From the NCBI GenBank assembly GCA_963555755.3, contig OY820905.2, positions 256,001 through 320,000 on the forward strand: 64,000 bases of DNA, read 5' to 3'. Each line of letters opens with the position of its first letter. The first letter of the stretch is position 1. Below the pieces are notes generated by a model. That model was given only the letters and a program-made list of their open reading frames with translations, was not told the DNA's origin and searched no databases. Source of the stretch: Nitrospirales bacterium. GTDB taxonomy: Bacteria > Nitrospirota > Nitrospiria > Nitrospirales > UBA8639. The position numbers were made by a program, and so were the translations under genes. Shown here in pieces: positions 39,921-49,143 of this stretch.

Positions 39921-40302
39921 GGAGCCTGTCTGAGATTAGACGAATCTTCTGTGGGTGCGCTGGAGTTGGCCAGATTTTCTGATCCTTTTCTGGAAATGTT
40001 GAAAAAGCCGCCAGCCTTCGCCAAGGCTACGGCAGACAAGCCAGCTGCGTTCTCGGGCTTTTGGTGTGCTCACGTACTCCGTGTACGCTCCGCGCGCCAA
40101 GCCTACTCCGCCGAAGTAACCTTTGGCTACGAAGGCCGGGAAGCCCTGCGGCTTTGCTGGACGGTCCCCCGCCTCCGCGAGGGCATGCTTTTTGAACATT
40201 CCCCGTTTTCGTTGAATAGTTCCACTATTTGCCTCACACGATCGAAACATCTGACTCAAACCAGCATTCCCTCGCGACGGTCCCTAATCCCGGACAGGCT
40301 CC
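39921..40302. mobile_element. MITE (IR GGAGCCTGTC) containing a family A copy (about 39992-40203)
   Basis: GGAGCCTGTCTGAGATTAG ... CTAATCCCGGACAGGCTCC. Confidence 0.7.
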
Positions 40303-40527
40303 GAGAAACCACCGTTGGGTCACAACAGTCCCCCGCAAGCGCTTGGCGCCCCTCGAAAAACAGAAAAAAGTGTCATCACCACCAAAGTGACCACGACTGT
40401 TTCTCTTTCACGATAAAGACCAAAAATCGTAGGGGTTTTTTTTCGCCCAACGGCTGTTTTTCGGTATCAAGTTGATACGTCTTTTTCCCGAAAAAGCGAA
40501 AGAAGGATTTCAAAGGGGATAGATACG

Positions 40528-41316
40528 ATGGTCGCGAATCAGGAAAAATCTTCGACGATCTTTTGGTGCTGGGACTTTCGAGTTCAGAATACCGTTCTTC
40601 ACCCTCACTGGGTTCGTCGTATCTTCATACTCAGTTTTTTGACCGTTATCTTGTCGTGGTGCCTGGCTGCTCCGATTGTAGCGGCTGAACCGGTCCCGCC
40701 GAATTCCGTTCAGCGTGTGACAGTTCCTATTTTAGGGACGACCCTCAATAAGCATTGGGAGCAAATTGGTGTGGTGGCTGAGGTGACCATTCAGTTTGTG
40801 CATCGGCGTGATCATGACGGTCTTCGTGTGCAATTTCACACATCACCGGGCCGGTTTTCCCCAGGAGCCCAGCGAGCTGTTCAACAAGCGATTGATCAAG
40901 TCGCAAAGGTGAGCCACTTGGATCCTAAGTCTTGGACTGTGACGCTTACCCTTCCGCACCAGGGCTTGACCATGTATGGAGAAAGTTTGTCGGGAATGAT
41001 CGGCTTGAGTGTCTTGGCTCTGGCGAAAGGAGATCCGTTGCCACAAGATCGCGTCTTAACGGGGACGATTACGCCAACTGGCCAAATTGGTGTGGTGGGG
41101 GGAGTCCCGTTAAAAATCCAAGCTGCCTATGAGATGAAACTTCGACACGTGTTGATTCCCGAAGAAATCGATGTGGCAGATGGAGACTGGCGTACACCGT
41201 TTTTAATGCAGGTGTCCCCCGTTGGGACGATTAAAAAAGCCTATCGTGCGCTCACCGATCGCTCCTTAGAAGCTGCCTCTGCTTCACAAGTCATTTCAAA
41301 TCTTGCCTCGAAATAA
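40528..41316 (+). CDS. Exported Lon-protease C-terminal (S16) domain protein
   Basis: YGESLSG, LTGTITPTGQIGVVGGVPLKIQAA; N-terminal hydrophobic signal. Confidence 0.8.
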   Translation: MVANQEKSSTIFWCWDFRVQNTVLHPHWVRRIFILSFLTVILSWCLAAPIVAAEPVPPNSVQRVTVPILGTTLNKHWEQIGVVAEVTIQFVHRRDHDGLRVQFHTSPGRFSPGAQRAVQQAIDQVAKVSHLDPKSWTVTLTLPHQGLTMYGESLSGMIGLSVLALAKGDPLPQDRVLTGTITPTGQIGVVGGVPLKIQAAYEMKLRHVLIPEEIDVADGDWRTPFLMQVSPVGTIKKAYRALTDRSLEAASASQVISNLASK

Positions 41317-41653
41317 CCTTTTTCACTGCCTCATCCCTTGCTGTCTTTGGTGTACCGAAAAAGTTCTGTCGGATGGTATCTTGACAGGACCCACAAAAAT
41401 GATGATTCTGCAAAAAGGGGCCGATGATTGTTGAATCGTTTTCATGAAATGGACTGTTGAACTTGGTATTCCCCGTAGCTTGCTACGGGGTTACCGCTTA
41501 GGTCCCCCCTTTGGAAAAAGGGGGTAGGGGGATTTTCAAAATCATATTGTTCCTCTGAATACCCCGTCAGCTTGCTGCGGGGATCTTTTATTTAAATAAA
41601 AATTTCTATAAGACCAATACCATTTGATGAATTGAGAGAACCTAAATAGCCAT

Positions 41654-41916
41654 GGGCGTTCAAAAAGGCTCGTTGTCTGACCCGCCCAACCCAGGCGCGC
41701 CAAGATGCGCCCTTCCACAGGCAAGGCCGCAGTCGCTCCTGGCCTTCGTAGCCAAAGGCTACTTCGGCGGAGTAGGCTTGGCGCGCGTAGCGTACTCATA
41801 GTACGTGAGCACGGCAAAGGGCCGACCTGCCTGCGCGAAGCCGCTTTGGCGGAGGCTGGGAACGCTGCTGGCGGACCCTTCGGAACGACTCAGGGCATTC
41901 TTTTTTAACAGCCCCC
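41654..41916. mobile_element. MITE family A variant with extra hairpin inserts
   Basis: GGGCGTTCAAAAAGG...GTACGTGAGCACGG...TTTTTTAACAGCCCC. Confidence 0.75.
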
Positions 41917-41927
41917 GAAAGGTGAAC

Positions 41928-42467
41928 ATGAAACCAGGGTTTGCGGTAGATATTGATAACGTGCTGGCGTTGGCCGAACAAGAGGTTCAACGGATTTATC
42001 ACGAATTGACCGGGGAGTTATGGCCAGGGGAACTGTACGCTAGTGCTGGGGGATTGGATGGGAGTGTCATTGATCGGAAATTGATTGAGAAAATCTTTGA
42101 CTATTTTCACGAATGCAGTATTCCGACTCTTCCCGTGGTGCCAGGTGCCAGTTTGGCGTTACATCACCTTCAGCAGCAGTTCCGGATTGTGATCATTACG
42201 GCTCGTCGTCCAAGTACGCGACCGCAAACAGAAGAGTGGCTTCATAGACATGAGTTTCCTTTTGATGAACTGCATCTCACCGATGATAAGACCGACGTGG
42301 CTGAAGGGTTGGTGTTTGCAGTGGATGACCATCCTGAGCATGTGCAAGATTATGTCAGCCGAGGGATTAAGGTCTTTCTGATGGACCAGCCATGGAACCG
42401 GTGTTTTTCGGCATCTGGAGTAACGAGGGTGTTAAATTGGGAACAGTTACTTCAGACCTTTCAATGA
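41928..42467 (+). CDS. HAD-superfamily 5'(3')-nucleotidase-like protein
   Basis: VDIDNVL, IITAR, VDDHP, QPWN. Confidence 0.85.
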   Translation: MKPGFAVDIDNVLALAEQEVQRIYHELTGELWPGELYASAGGLDGSVIDRKLIEKIFDYFHECSIPTLPVVPGASLALHHLQQQFRIVIITARRPSTRPQTEEWLHRHEFPFDELHLTDDKTDVAEGLVFAVDDHPEHVQDYVSRGIKVFLMDQPWNRCFSASGVTRVLNWEQLLQTFQ

Positions 42468-42587
42468 GGGGCTGTTGAAAAAGTCCGCCAGCGGCGTTCT
42501 CGGGCCTTTGTCGTGCTCACGTACTGCTGTACGCTCTGCGCGCCAAAGGCCCTGCGGCCTTGCTGGACGGGCTTTTTGAACAGCCCC
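42468..42587. mobile_element. MITE family A (short form)
   Basis: GGGGCTGTTGAAAAAG / CTTTTTGAACAGCCCC. Confidence 0.85.
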
Positions 42588-42610
42588 TTTTGTTCTTGGA
42601 TATTCATTGA

Positions 42611-42774
42611 ACCTAGAAACGGCAGTTGGGCGCAAAAAAGACGTGTAAGATATTGTCGTGCATGGTGAAATAAAAAAAGTCATAGTCACCTCGGTGGTGA
42701 TAAGACTTTTTTTATTTTGCCAGGTGCGTCAAGAGCTTGCGCGGACTTTTGTGATCCAACTGCTGCTTCTAGGT
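42611..42774. mobile_element. MITE family C (inverted)
   Basis: ACCTAGAAAC...TTCTAGGT flanked by TGA on both sides. Confidence 0.85.
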
Positions 42775-42883
42775 TGAATAAGTCAGATGATATTATCCCT
42801 TGAGAAATTCGAGTTTTGGAACTGTCCCATTGACCAATTTTTCTTACAATTTTAATTGCTAAACCCGGAAGGTTTAAGACCCC

Positions 42884-43546
42884 ATGTCAAAAATTGAAAC
42901 AGTGGTACTTCCGCAGGTTGGCTCGATTCAGCTTGTCATTCAATCAAAACGACATATTCGCTCGCAGGAGAAGTGTGGCGGCCTTGATGCCGAATCGAAT
43001 GAATGGTTTTATTGGAATCGCCTGTGGGCCTCGGAGGTCGCGTTATCGGAATATCTCATCCAAGAATTCTTTTCGGATACACTACACGGGAAAACAATTT
43101 TAGAGTTGGGATGTGGAACCGGTCTTGCGGGGATGGTCTGCGGTAAATTAGGGGGGGTGCCGACATTTTCAGACAAAGTGCCGATGGTCATGGATTCGAT
43201 CCAAGACGCGTGTCGGCTCAATGCCATCCCTAATTATCATACGTGCATTTTGGATTGGGCCAAGATTTCTAAACCCCTCGATCGTTATGATCTGGTTTTG
43301 GGCAGCGAAATTTTTTATGACAACGAGTTTCTTGAGGATATTTGTAGGTTATTGGTAGAGGTCTTGCCGACTGGTGGAATTGGGTTGTTTTGCGATCCCA
43401 ATCGGCTGGGAGTGGAAGCCGTTGAATCTTGCTTTGCTTCCAAATTTCAATTGACTCTGAGGAACCTTGACGTGGAGTGGCCGCGACCGCCGGCAAAACA
43501 GACAACGACAAAAACCGTGTTGCTCTATCAATTGGTCAAAAGATAG
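42884..43546 (+). CDS. Class I SAM-dependent methyltransferase (Methyltransf_16-like)
   Basis: YWNRLWAS, ILELGCGTGL, LDW, DLVLGSEIFY. Confidence 0.88.
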   Translation: MSKIETVVLPQVGSIQLVIQSKRHIRSQEKCGGLDAESNEWFYWNRLWASEVALSEYLIQEFFSDTLHGKTILELGCGTGLAGMVCGKLGGVPTFSDKVPMVMDSIQDACRLNAIPNYHTCILDWAKISKPLDRYDLVLGSEIFYDNEFLEDICRLLVEVLPTGGIGLFCDPNRLGVEAVESCFASKFQLTLRNLDVEWPRPPAKQTTTKTVLLYQLVKR

Positions 43547-43564
43547 AAACTACCCAGGTGGATA

Positions 43565-43674
43565 GACTGAAGGCTGAAGGCTTTTAGGGGGCAAAAAAGC
43601 GTGACCATACAAAACGTCAGGCATTATGAGTGATAGCCTTCAGCCTTCAGCCTTCAGCCTTCAGCCTTCAGCCT
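43565..43674. repeat. Heptamer tandem repeat (AGCCTTC x5) with inverted partner between convergent genes
   Basis: AGCCTTC repeats 43635-43674; CTGAAGGCTGAAGGCT at 43567-43582. Confidence 0.8.
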
Positions 43675-43713
43675 AAAGAGCCAAATAGTTACAAAAAGTA
43701 AACGAATAACCTG

Positions 43714-44601
43714 TTACGGTGTGGTCGATTCTGACGCCTTGGATGACCTGATGTGCTTCACGCGTAGGATTTGTTGCGCATCTTGACTTTTTTGCTGTTT
43801 CAATGCCCGGTAGATTTGAGATCCGTCGGCCAATTGCATGGGAATTTCGCGCGGGATCACTGTCGTGCACGGGTCGGTCTCAGATCGTTCAAAAGAGGTT
43901 AGGCGAGTAATAGATTGTTCTGCATGCCGAATTCGCAAAATTGTTGAGACACAGGTTCCTGTTTTCGCAGATTTTGTCACAATTTCTGCTTCATTCCAGG
44001 TTTCAATCTCGTACAGATTGGTATAGCTCAACAAGGTGGCGGTATATCCCGGGGCCAATTTTGCGGTTGAGACCGAACATAAATTCCATTTTCGGTGACA
44101 GGAAATTTGTGAGGTTTGCAGGGCTTCTTTGACAGGAAGATTCGGTAGCGCCCATGTCCCATGAGCCGAAACCATCTCCTCCCAGTTCGCATCTTCAAAG
44201 CGATATTTTGGGATGAATGGAAGGATCTGGTCCAGGGTCCTATTATCATCCGTGAGGTGTTCCAGGGTTTCCTTATTGATCGTTCCCGTTTCTGAAATGC
44301 CGACGTATTTCTGATAGGCGCGCAAGGCGTCTTGTGTTGGCTGATCGAGCTCCCCCGAGAAAGGGCCAATCCCATATCCAAACCGACCAAGATAAATTTG
44401 GGATCCCAGGACTAACAAGCGAAATTCTTCAGGGCTGAGTTGTTCCAATTCTTTTGCTTCTTGAATGTGCTGAGGGGTTTTTTGAACATCTGCTTGCTCT
44501 GGATGCACCTGTGTCGGTTGTGCGATTTCGGCAAACCCGGCGGATGAGTAACTGAACACCATGACTAGGCTGATAAGAGCTCGACTCCAACGCGTGGACA
44601 C
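43714..44601 (-). CDS. Secreted peptidoglycan-binding domain protein
   Basis: Signal peptide; QIYLGRFGY..GPFSG...TQDALRAYQ..GI.ETG. Confidence 0.8.
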   Translation of the reverse strand: MSTRWSRALISLVMVFSYSSAGFAEIAQPTQVHPEQADVQKTPQHIQEAKELEQLSPEEFRLLVLGSQIYLGRFGYGIGPFSGELDQPTQDALRAYQKYVGISETGTINKETLEHLTDDNRTLDQILPFIPKYRFEDANWEEMVSAHGTWALPNLPVKEALQTSQISCHRKWNLCSVSTAKLAPGYTATLLSYTNLYEIETWNEAEIVTKSAKTGTCVSTILRIRHAEQSITRLTSFERSETDPCTTVIPREIPMQLADGSQIYRALKQQKSQDAQQILRVKHIRSSKASESTTP

Positions 44602-44757
44602 AATTCTCCTTTAGTTAAAATGCTGGAATTTCGTATGGTAAAACCAAACCTCATGATGGCAAGACAAACCTTGGAGGGTCAAGTGGCAAACTATTGGGAG
44701 GTGGTTGCGTGAAAAAGCGGAGCGAGGAATGCAAGGAGAGACTCAGCTGGATTGTAA

Positions 44758-45133
44758 GGGTTCGCGCAAAAATAACTTCCCATTTTGGGGTGCTGAGACC
44801 CTTGTCTGGCAAGGCGTGAAGACTGCGCATATTCTTAGTATGGGTCTGTTGAATAATTCAGGTCCATGACCCATAGATGCTCCAGACAAGCCAGCTCGCA
44901 TCAGGGGAAGGGAATGTTCAAAAAAGCATGCCCTGAGTCTTTCCGAAGGGTCTATCCAGCAAGGCCGCAGCCATTTTGACGCGCGGAGCGTACTCTCAGT
45001 ACGTGAGCACGGCAAAAGGGCGAGAACGCCGCTGGCGGCTTTTTTCAACATTCCCAGTATGTAAGGGAGGAGCAATACTGCCAGACGGGATGGATTGATG
45101 CCCAAAGATGGGAAGTTATTCTTGCGCGAGCCC
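44758..45133. mobile_element. MITE family B interrupted by family A (44842-45055)
   Basis: Inner element flanked by AGTAT duplication; its removal restores the 11896-12052 type sequence. Confidence 0.88.
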
Positions 45134-45308
45134 TACGTTCAAAAGACAGCCCGGATAAGAAAAAGTGAGAATGTGAAACAGAGGACCTCGTGTCGTATCG
45201 ACGTGTGGCAGATCATGCCGGTGGTCTATGATTCTTCCCGCTTCTTCTTTTTCCGTTCCGTGTGACGATGGCATCAACTCGGGTTAATGTGTTGGTACGA
45301 AAATACTG

Positions 45309-45584
45309 TTATGACTCAGCCTTCTCATCGTTCGGTGGGGGCAATAAATTTTGTCCAGGTGTCGGGTTTTGCCTTTTCCGATTTTTCACCGCACGCTCAA
45401 GCAGGGCCACTGAATCTTTGAGTAAATCGGCTGCGCAGGCTAACGTAACTTGAAGCTGCTGCATGGCTTCGGGCCACATGCCCGCAGCTTGAAGATCTTG
45501 AAACCGGCTATGCTGATCCTCAAGAATGGCTTTCTTGGCATCCAGCATTAAACTTTCGGCCTCGAAGTTTACTTGGTGCTCCAT
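45309..45584 (-). CDS. Hypothetical helical protein
   Basis: GGGGAGG RBS, 91 aa, preceded by a sigma-54 promoter. Confidence 0.75.
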   Translation of the reverse strand: MEHQVNFEAESLMLDAKKAILEDQHSRFQDLQAAGMWPEAMQQLQVTLACAADLLKDSVALLERAVKNRKRQNPTPGQNLLPPPNDEKAES

Positions 45585-45634
45585 AATTACGCCTCCCCTT
45601 GATTGTTAGTATTCACGTGTTGCTCTACCTATTG

Positions 45635-45651
45635 AGCAAAGGGAATGCCAA
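45635..45651 (-). promoter_or_regulatory. Sigma-54 promoter (-24/-12)
   Basis: Minus strand TTGGCATTCCCTTTGCT matches TGGCA-N6-TTGC. Confidence 0.8.
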
Positions 45652-45757
45652 CACGATAGCGGTGAGGCGTTCGTCGATCTTTCTATCTATTGAAGAATGT
45701 ACGTTGAGAATTTTCCAGTTTTTGTGAGTGCCCGGGCATGGAGTGCATGAGCGTTAT

Positions 45758-45864
45758 TGTAAAAAATCTTGATACCTTTCCTGTGCCTCGCCATGTTTAT
45801 GCTTGAAAAACTTCATAGATTGAAGGACTTACACCTTGCCCGTCTCCTGTAAAAAATCCCGACA
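45758..45864. promoter_or_regulatory. Two enhancer-like sites
   Basis: TGTAAAAAATCTTGATA (45758-45774) and TGTAAAAAATCCCGACA (45848-45864). Confidence 0.55.
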
Positions 45865-46096
45865 CAACTGACGGGAAATTTTCCACATTCAAAATTAAGC
45901 CAAGCCGGGTTGTTGTTGGCCCTGGTTGGGTTGGTCTGTTGTCAATTGTTGCGTACGCACCGGAGATTTAATTTTTTTTTATCAGGAGAGGATGTCGGAA
46001 TCAACTTGATGAGGGACAGTGCGTGAAAGGGCTGAGGAGCAGGTGGTGATATTGGTGGCAGTGAGACTTCCTTATGAAAGAGAAGTCAGATCCAGT

Positions 46097-46522
46097 TTAT
46101 TGCATTTCGATGGCCCCACCATTGAGATCGTAGTCTACACCTTTAAGTTCAATCTTATTGCCGATATGCCAGTGTTCTGCTGTCACCTCCGAGACCATGC
46201 CTCCCGGTAAGTAAAATTTAGCCTGTGGAACAGAAATTCCGGTTTGACTCTCTTTCTTGACCGCAAGTATGACGCCCTTCAGGGTTTTGTCCACCAGAAT
46301 GGCTGTCTCACCTTCAATCTTGAGTTCAAAACGATCTTGCTCGTTCGAGGTCCAGGCATTGTGTTCGAGTTTGGCCACTTGCGTGCCAGCAGGATTGTAT
46401 AAATCCATTGATAAGAGTATGGCGCCATCATCGCTAAGGGCAACCCGAATGAGGTCATGGCCTTCAGCTTGAAAAATGCCATTTGTATTTCGTAGTTGAT
46501 TAGAGCCAATCGTGATATCCAT
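46097..46522 (-). CDS. Hypothetical beta-rich protein
   Basis: AGAGGA RBS before ATG 46522; 141 aa, protein-like composition. Confidence 0.75.
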   Translation of the reverse strand: MDITIGSNQLRNTNGIFQAEGHDLIRVALSDDGAILLSMDLYNPAGTQVAKLEHNAWTSNEQDRFELKIEGETAILVDKTLKGVILAVKKESQTGISVPQAKFYLPGGMVSEVTAEHWHIGNKIELKGVDYDLNGGAIEMQ

Positions 46523-46698
46523 GCTGTCCTCTTTGCCGAAAAAAATGTGTATTGGTGGAACGAACCAAAAACCCGTTTCATCGGAAACTCTGCACCTTAC
46601 CGAACCAAAACGGAAGCGGTCAACTGTGATGCAATGACGTCGTCGTGCTGAAGGCCGACGTATGCTTATGCCCATGAGTAGTGATGAGAATGAATGTA

Positions 46699-47105
46699 GG
46701 GTCTTCTCCCAAGTGAGTGGGTAAATTGGGTCGAGTCATGTCCTGAAAGGCTCGCGGGAGAAGAGGTTGGTGGATTTTTTGACCGTGGGAAAAGTGGCCA
46801 GGCTTTCTTGAGGCTTCACCCTGATCATCCCTCCCCTTTGGAAGGGGACCTGCCGGCGCGCCGGCGCGCTTTGGCGAAGGCGTGGGCGAGGTGGGGTAGA
46901 GCCCGTGGCAAGGAGCGAGCTGCAGCCATGCTGAAAGCCCGGACCGGATTCGACGGCAGGCTGCTGACGTGGTCACGAATCTGGATGGGGTGCTCCAAGA
47001 GCGACCTGAGCGGCTGTCGTGGCCCTCTACCTCCCCTACCCCTCCTTACAAAGGAGGGGACTAAAAAAACCCCTAGAAGTTACCCACACGATTTGGAGAA
47101 GAGCC
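46699..47105. mobile_element. Non-autonomous element with ISL3-like ends
   Basis: GGGTCTTCTCCCAAGTGAGTGGGTAA / TTACCCACACGATTTGGAGAAGAGCC; right end also at about 3706-3761. Confidence 0.6.
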
Positions 47106-47139
47106 AAAAGAATAGATCAGTCGGGTATGATTTCATTCT

Positions 47140-48021
47140 TTATTCTGTCTTCGTATTAAAGAAATATCTCACCCCATCTACGTGCACGACCGGCATGACC
47201 ATTCCTTGTTCCAAGCCATCGTGTGAAAAACCATAGATAATCGATTCCCAGGGAATCAGCGTTCCGGTAAAGAGGATTCCTATTTCGAGAGATTCGCCCT
47301 TCGTTATTCGCTCTTTGAGAGAAGTGAGTAGGGCAGGTGGGGGGATTGCAACCATTTCATTTGGCAGGCCAACCGGTTTAAATCGTACAATGCCCCAGGT
47401 TGTCTGAGTCGGGTGAGGGCCCATCACGACTTTAATCCCTTTGTGCGTATCGTGATATTCGCCAAGAATGCCCGACCACACAAAAGCAATGCGTTGCGTC
47501 AGTAACGAATGTCCTTCGCGGAGATCGTCTCGCCTTCGGTTTAGAATAAAAAGTCTCGCGCCATGTTCTTTCCCAGGTGGATCATGTAATTGATCCCATT
47601 CCGGCGGATGCTTTTCTAATTCGTGTAAAAAATCTTCCTGTTCCTGGGCCGTGAATAGTGCCCGAATCGAATCGCCTTGGACCAACGAGTACATGTGTGA
47701 CAGGGGTAGTTGATGTAGAGGCTGAATCCCTGAGGGAGGTTCTGCCACAGCGAGTGAAGGGAACGAAACGAACACACAAACAAGAACGCATAGGGAATTA
47801 AGGGCACCTCTAAAAACCCGGCATTTTTTGTGAGGGCAAGGAAGCCGCGCGCGGAAAACCGGAGTGTATGGGCGAATACATGAGGATTTGAGCACGTGGC
47901 TGACGCCGCCATCACGGAAAAGGACGGTTTTTAGAGGTGCCCTTAATTGAATAACTCTGGAGATGGGTACCCTTCGATCCCTCCCCTTGCTGACAAAGGA
48001 GGGGAACAAAAAATGGATCAT
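47140..48021 (-). CDS. Hypothetical exported protein; N-terminus reads through MITE family E
   Basis: Signal-like SLCVLVCVFVSFPSLAVA follows MITE-derived codons; true start uncertain. Confidence 0.7.
   Translation of the reverse strand: MIHFLFPSFVSKGRDRRVPISRVIQLRAPLKTVLFRDGGVSHVLKSSCIRPYTPVFRARLPCPHKKCRVFRGALNSLCVLVCVFVSFPSLAVAEPPSGIQPLHQLPLSHMYSLVQGDSIRALFTAQEQEDFLHELEKHPPEWDQLHDPPGKEHGARLFILNRRRDDLREGHSLLTQRIAFVWSGILGEYHDTHKGIKVVMGPHPTQTTWGIVRFKPVGLPNEMVAIPPPALLTSLKERITKGESLEIGILFTGTLIPWESIIYGFSHDGLEQGMVMPVVHVDGVRYFFNTKTE
47802..47942. mobile_element. MITE family E
   Basis: Near-identical inverted copy of 39668-39808; TTAA duplication. Confidence 0.88.
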
Positions 48022-48042
48022 CAGTTAACTCGTTTCTTTGAT

Positions 48043-49140
48043 TTACTTATACGACTCTAACAGGGTTCTTTGTTCATGAATAAACAAGTGCAACTTGTTA
48101 AGTAGGAGATAGGCGGTGATGGAATCTCCTGCCCGTCGGCGAGAATCGGGTGAAGTTCGTGCAACCAAACGCTGCCCCTGTGCTACAAGGTACACGATAT
48201 GATCGCCACCAAGATTTTCGATGAGATCGATGGTGCCTGAGAGGGTAATGTGGATTGCACCAGGCGGATCGAGTCCAACATCTTCCGGACGGATGCCCAA
48301 AATGGCTGAGCCGGAGCCTAGGGTTGGAGTGATATCAACTCGAGCGTTGAACCTCAGTGTGAAATCTCCTGCTTGAAATTCCAAATTCTTGTGGTTGGCT
48401 TGAACCGTCCCTTTAATGAGATTCATAGGAGGATTTCCAATGAACCCCGCGACAAACGGATTACTGGGTTGATGATAAATCCGATCCGGCGTTCCGATTT
48501 GAAGAATGCGGCCTTGATCCATGACCACGATTTTCTCCCCTAGCGTCATGGCCTCAATTTGATCGTGAGTCACGTAGACCATGGTGACGCCCAACCGCTG
48601 ATGCAGTTTCTTCAGTTCCACCCGCATGGAGGCTCGTAATCGGGCATCCAAATTGGAAAGCGGCTCATCAAACAGAAACAACTTGGGCTTTCGCACAATG
48701 GCGCGGCCCATGGCCACTCGTTGACGTTGACCACCGGAGAGTTCTTTGGGCTTCCGGTCGAGCAAGTCATGAATTTCTAGCAACTCCGCAGCTTCGCCTA
48801 TTCTCTCCTCGATGACAGACGAAGGTTCCTTTCGCACTTTCAAACCAAAAGCCAAGTTTTCTCTGACCGTGAGATGTGGATAGAGCGCGTATTGCTGGAA
48901 GACCATCGCAATATCGCGATCGCGTGGGGGGAGTGCATCAACGGTTTGGTTTCCAATAGATACTGAACCACTTGTTTGTGCTTCAAGCCCGGCAATAATC
49001 CGAAGGAGAGTAGATTTTCCGCAACCCGACGGACCAAGCAGCACGACAAACTCACCATCAGAGGCCTCAAGCGAAATGTCGTTCAAGACGCTCGTGTTGC
49101 CGAAAGATTTATGTAGGTGAGTGAGTGCGAAGCCTGGCAT
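48043..49140 (-). CDS. Sugar ABC transporter ATP-binding protein (MalK/UgpC-like)
   Basis: GPSGCGKST, LSGGQRQR, DEPLSNLD, YVTHDQIEAM. Confidence 0.95.
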   Translation of the reverse strand: MPGFALTHLHKSFGNTSVLNDISLEASDGEFVVLLGPSGCGKSTLLRIIAGLEAQTSGSVSIGNQTVDALPPRDRDIAMVFQQYALYPHLTVRENLAFGLKVRKEPSSVIEERIGEAAELLEIHDLLDRKPKELSGGQRQRVAMGRAIVRKPKLFLFDEPLSNLDARLRASMRVELKKLHQRLGVTMVYVTHDQIEAMTLGEKIVVMDQGRILQIGTPDRIYHQPSNPFVAGFIGNPPMNLIKGTVQANHKNLEFQAGDFTLRFNARVDITPTLGSGSAILGIRPEDVGLDPPGAIHITLSGTIDLIENLGGDHIVYLVAQGQRLVARTSPDSRRRAGDSITAYLLLNKLHLFIHEQRTLLESYK

Positions 49141-49143
49141 TGG

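Noticed and set aside
44743..45105. MLKKAASGVLALLPCSRT ORF family (also 7971, 26530, 52988)
   Set aside because: Translations of MITE family A, not genes
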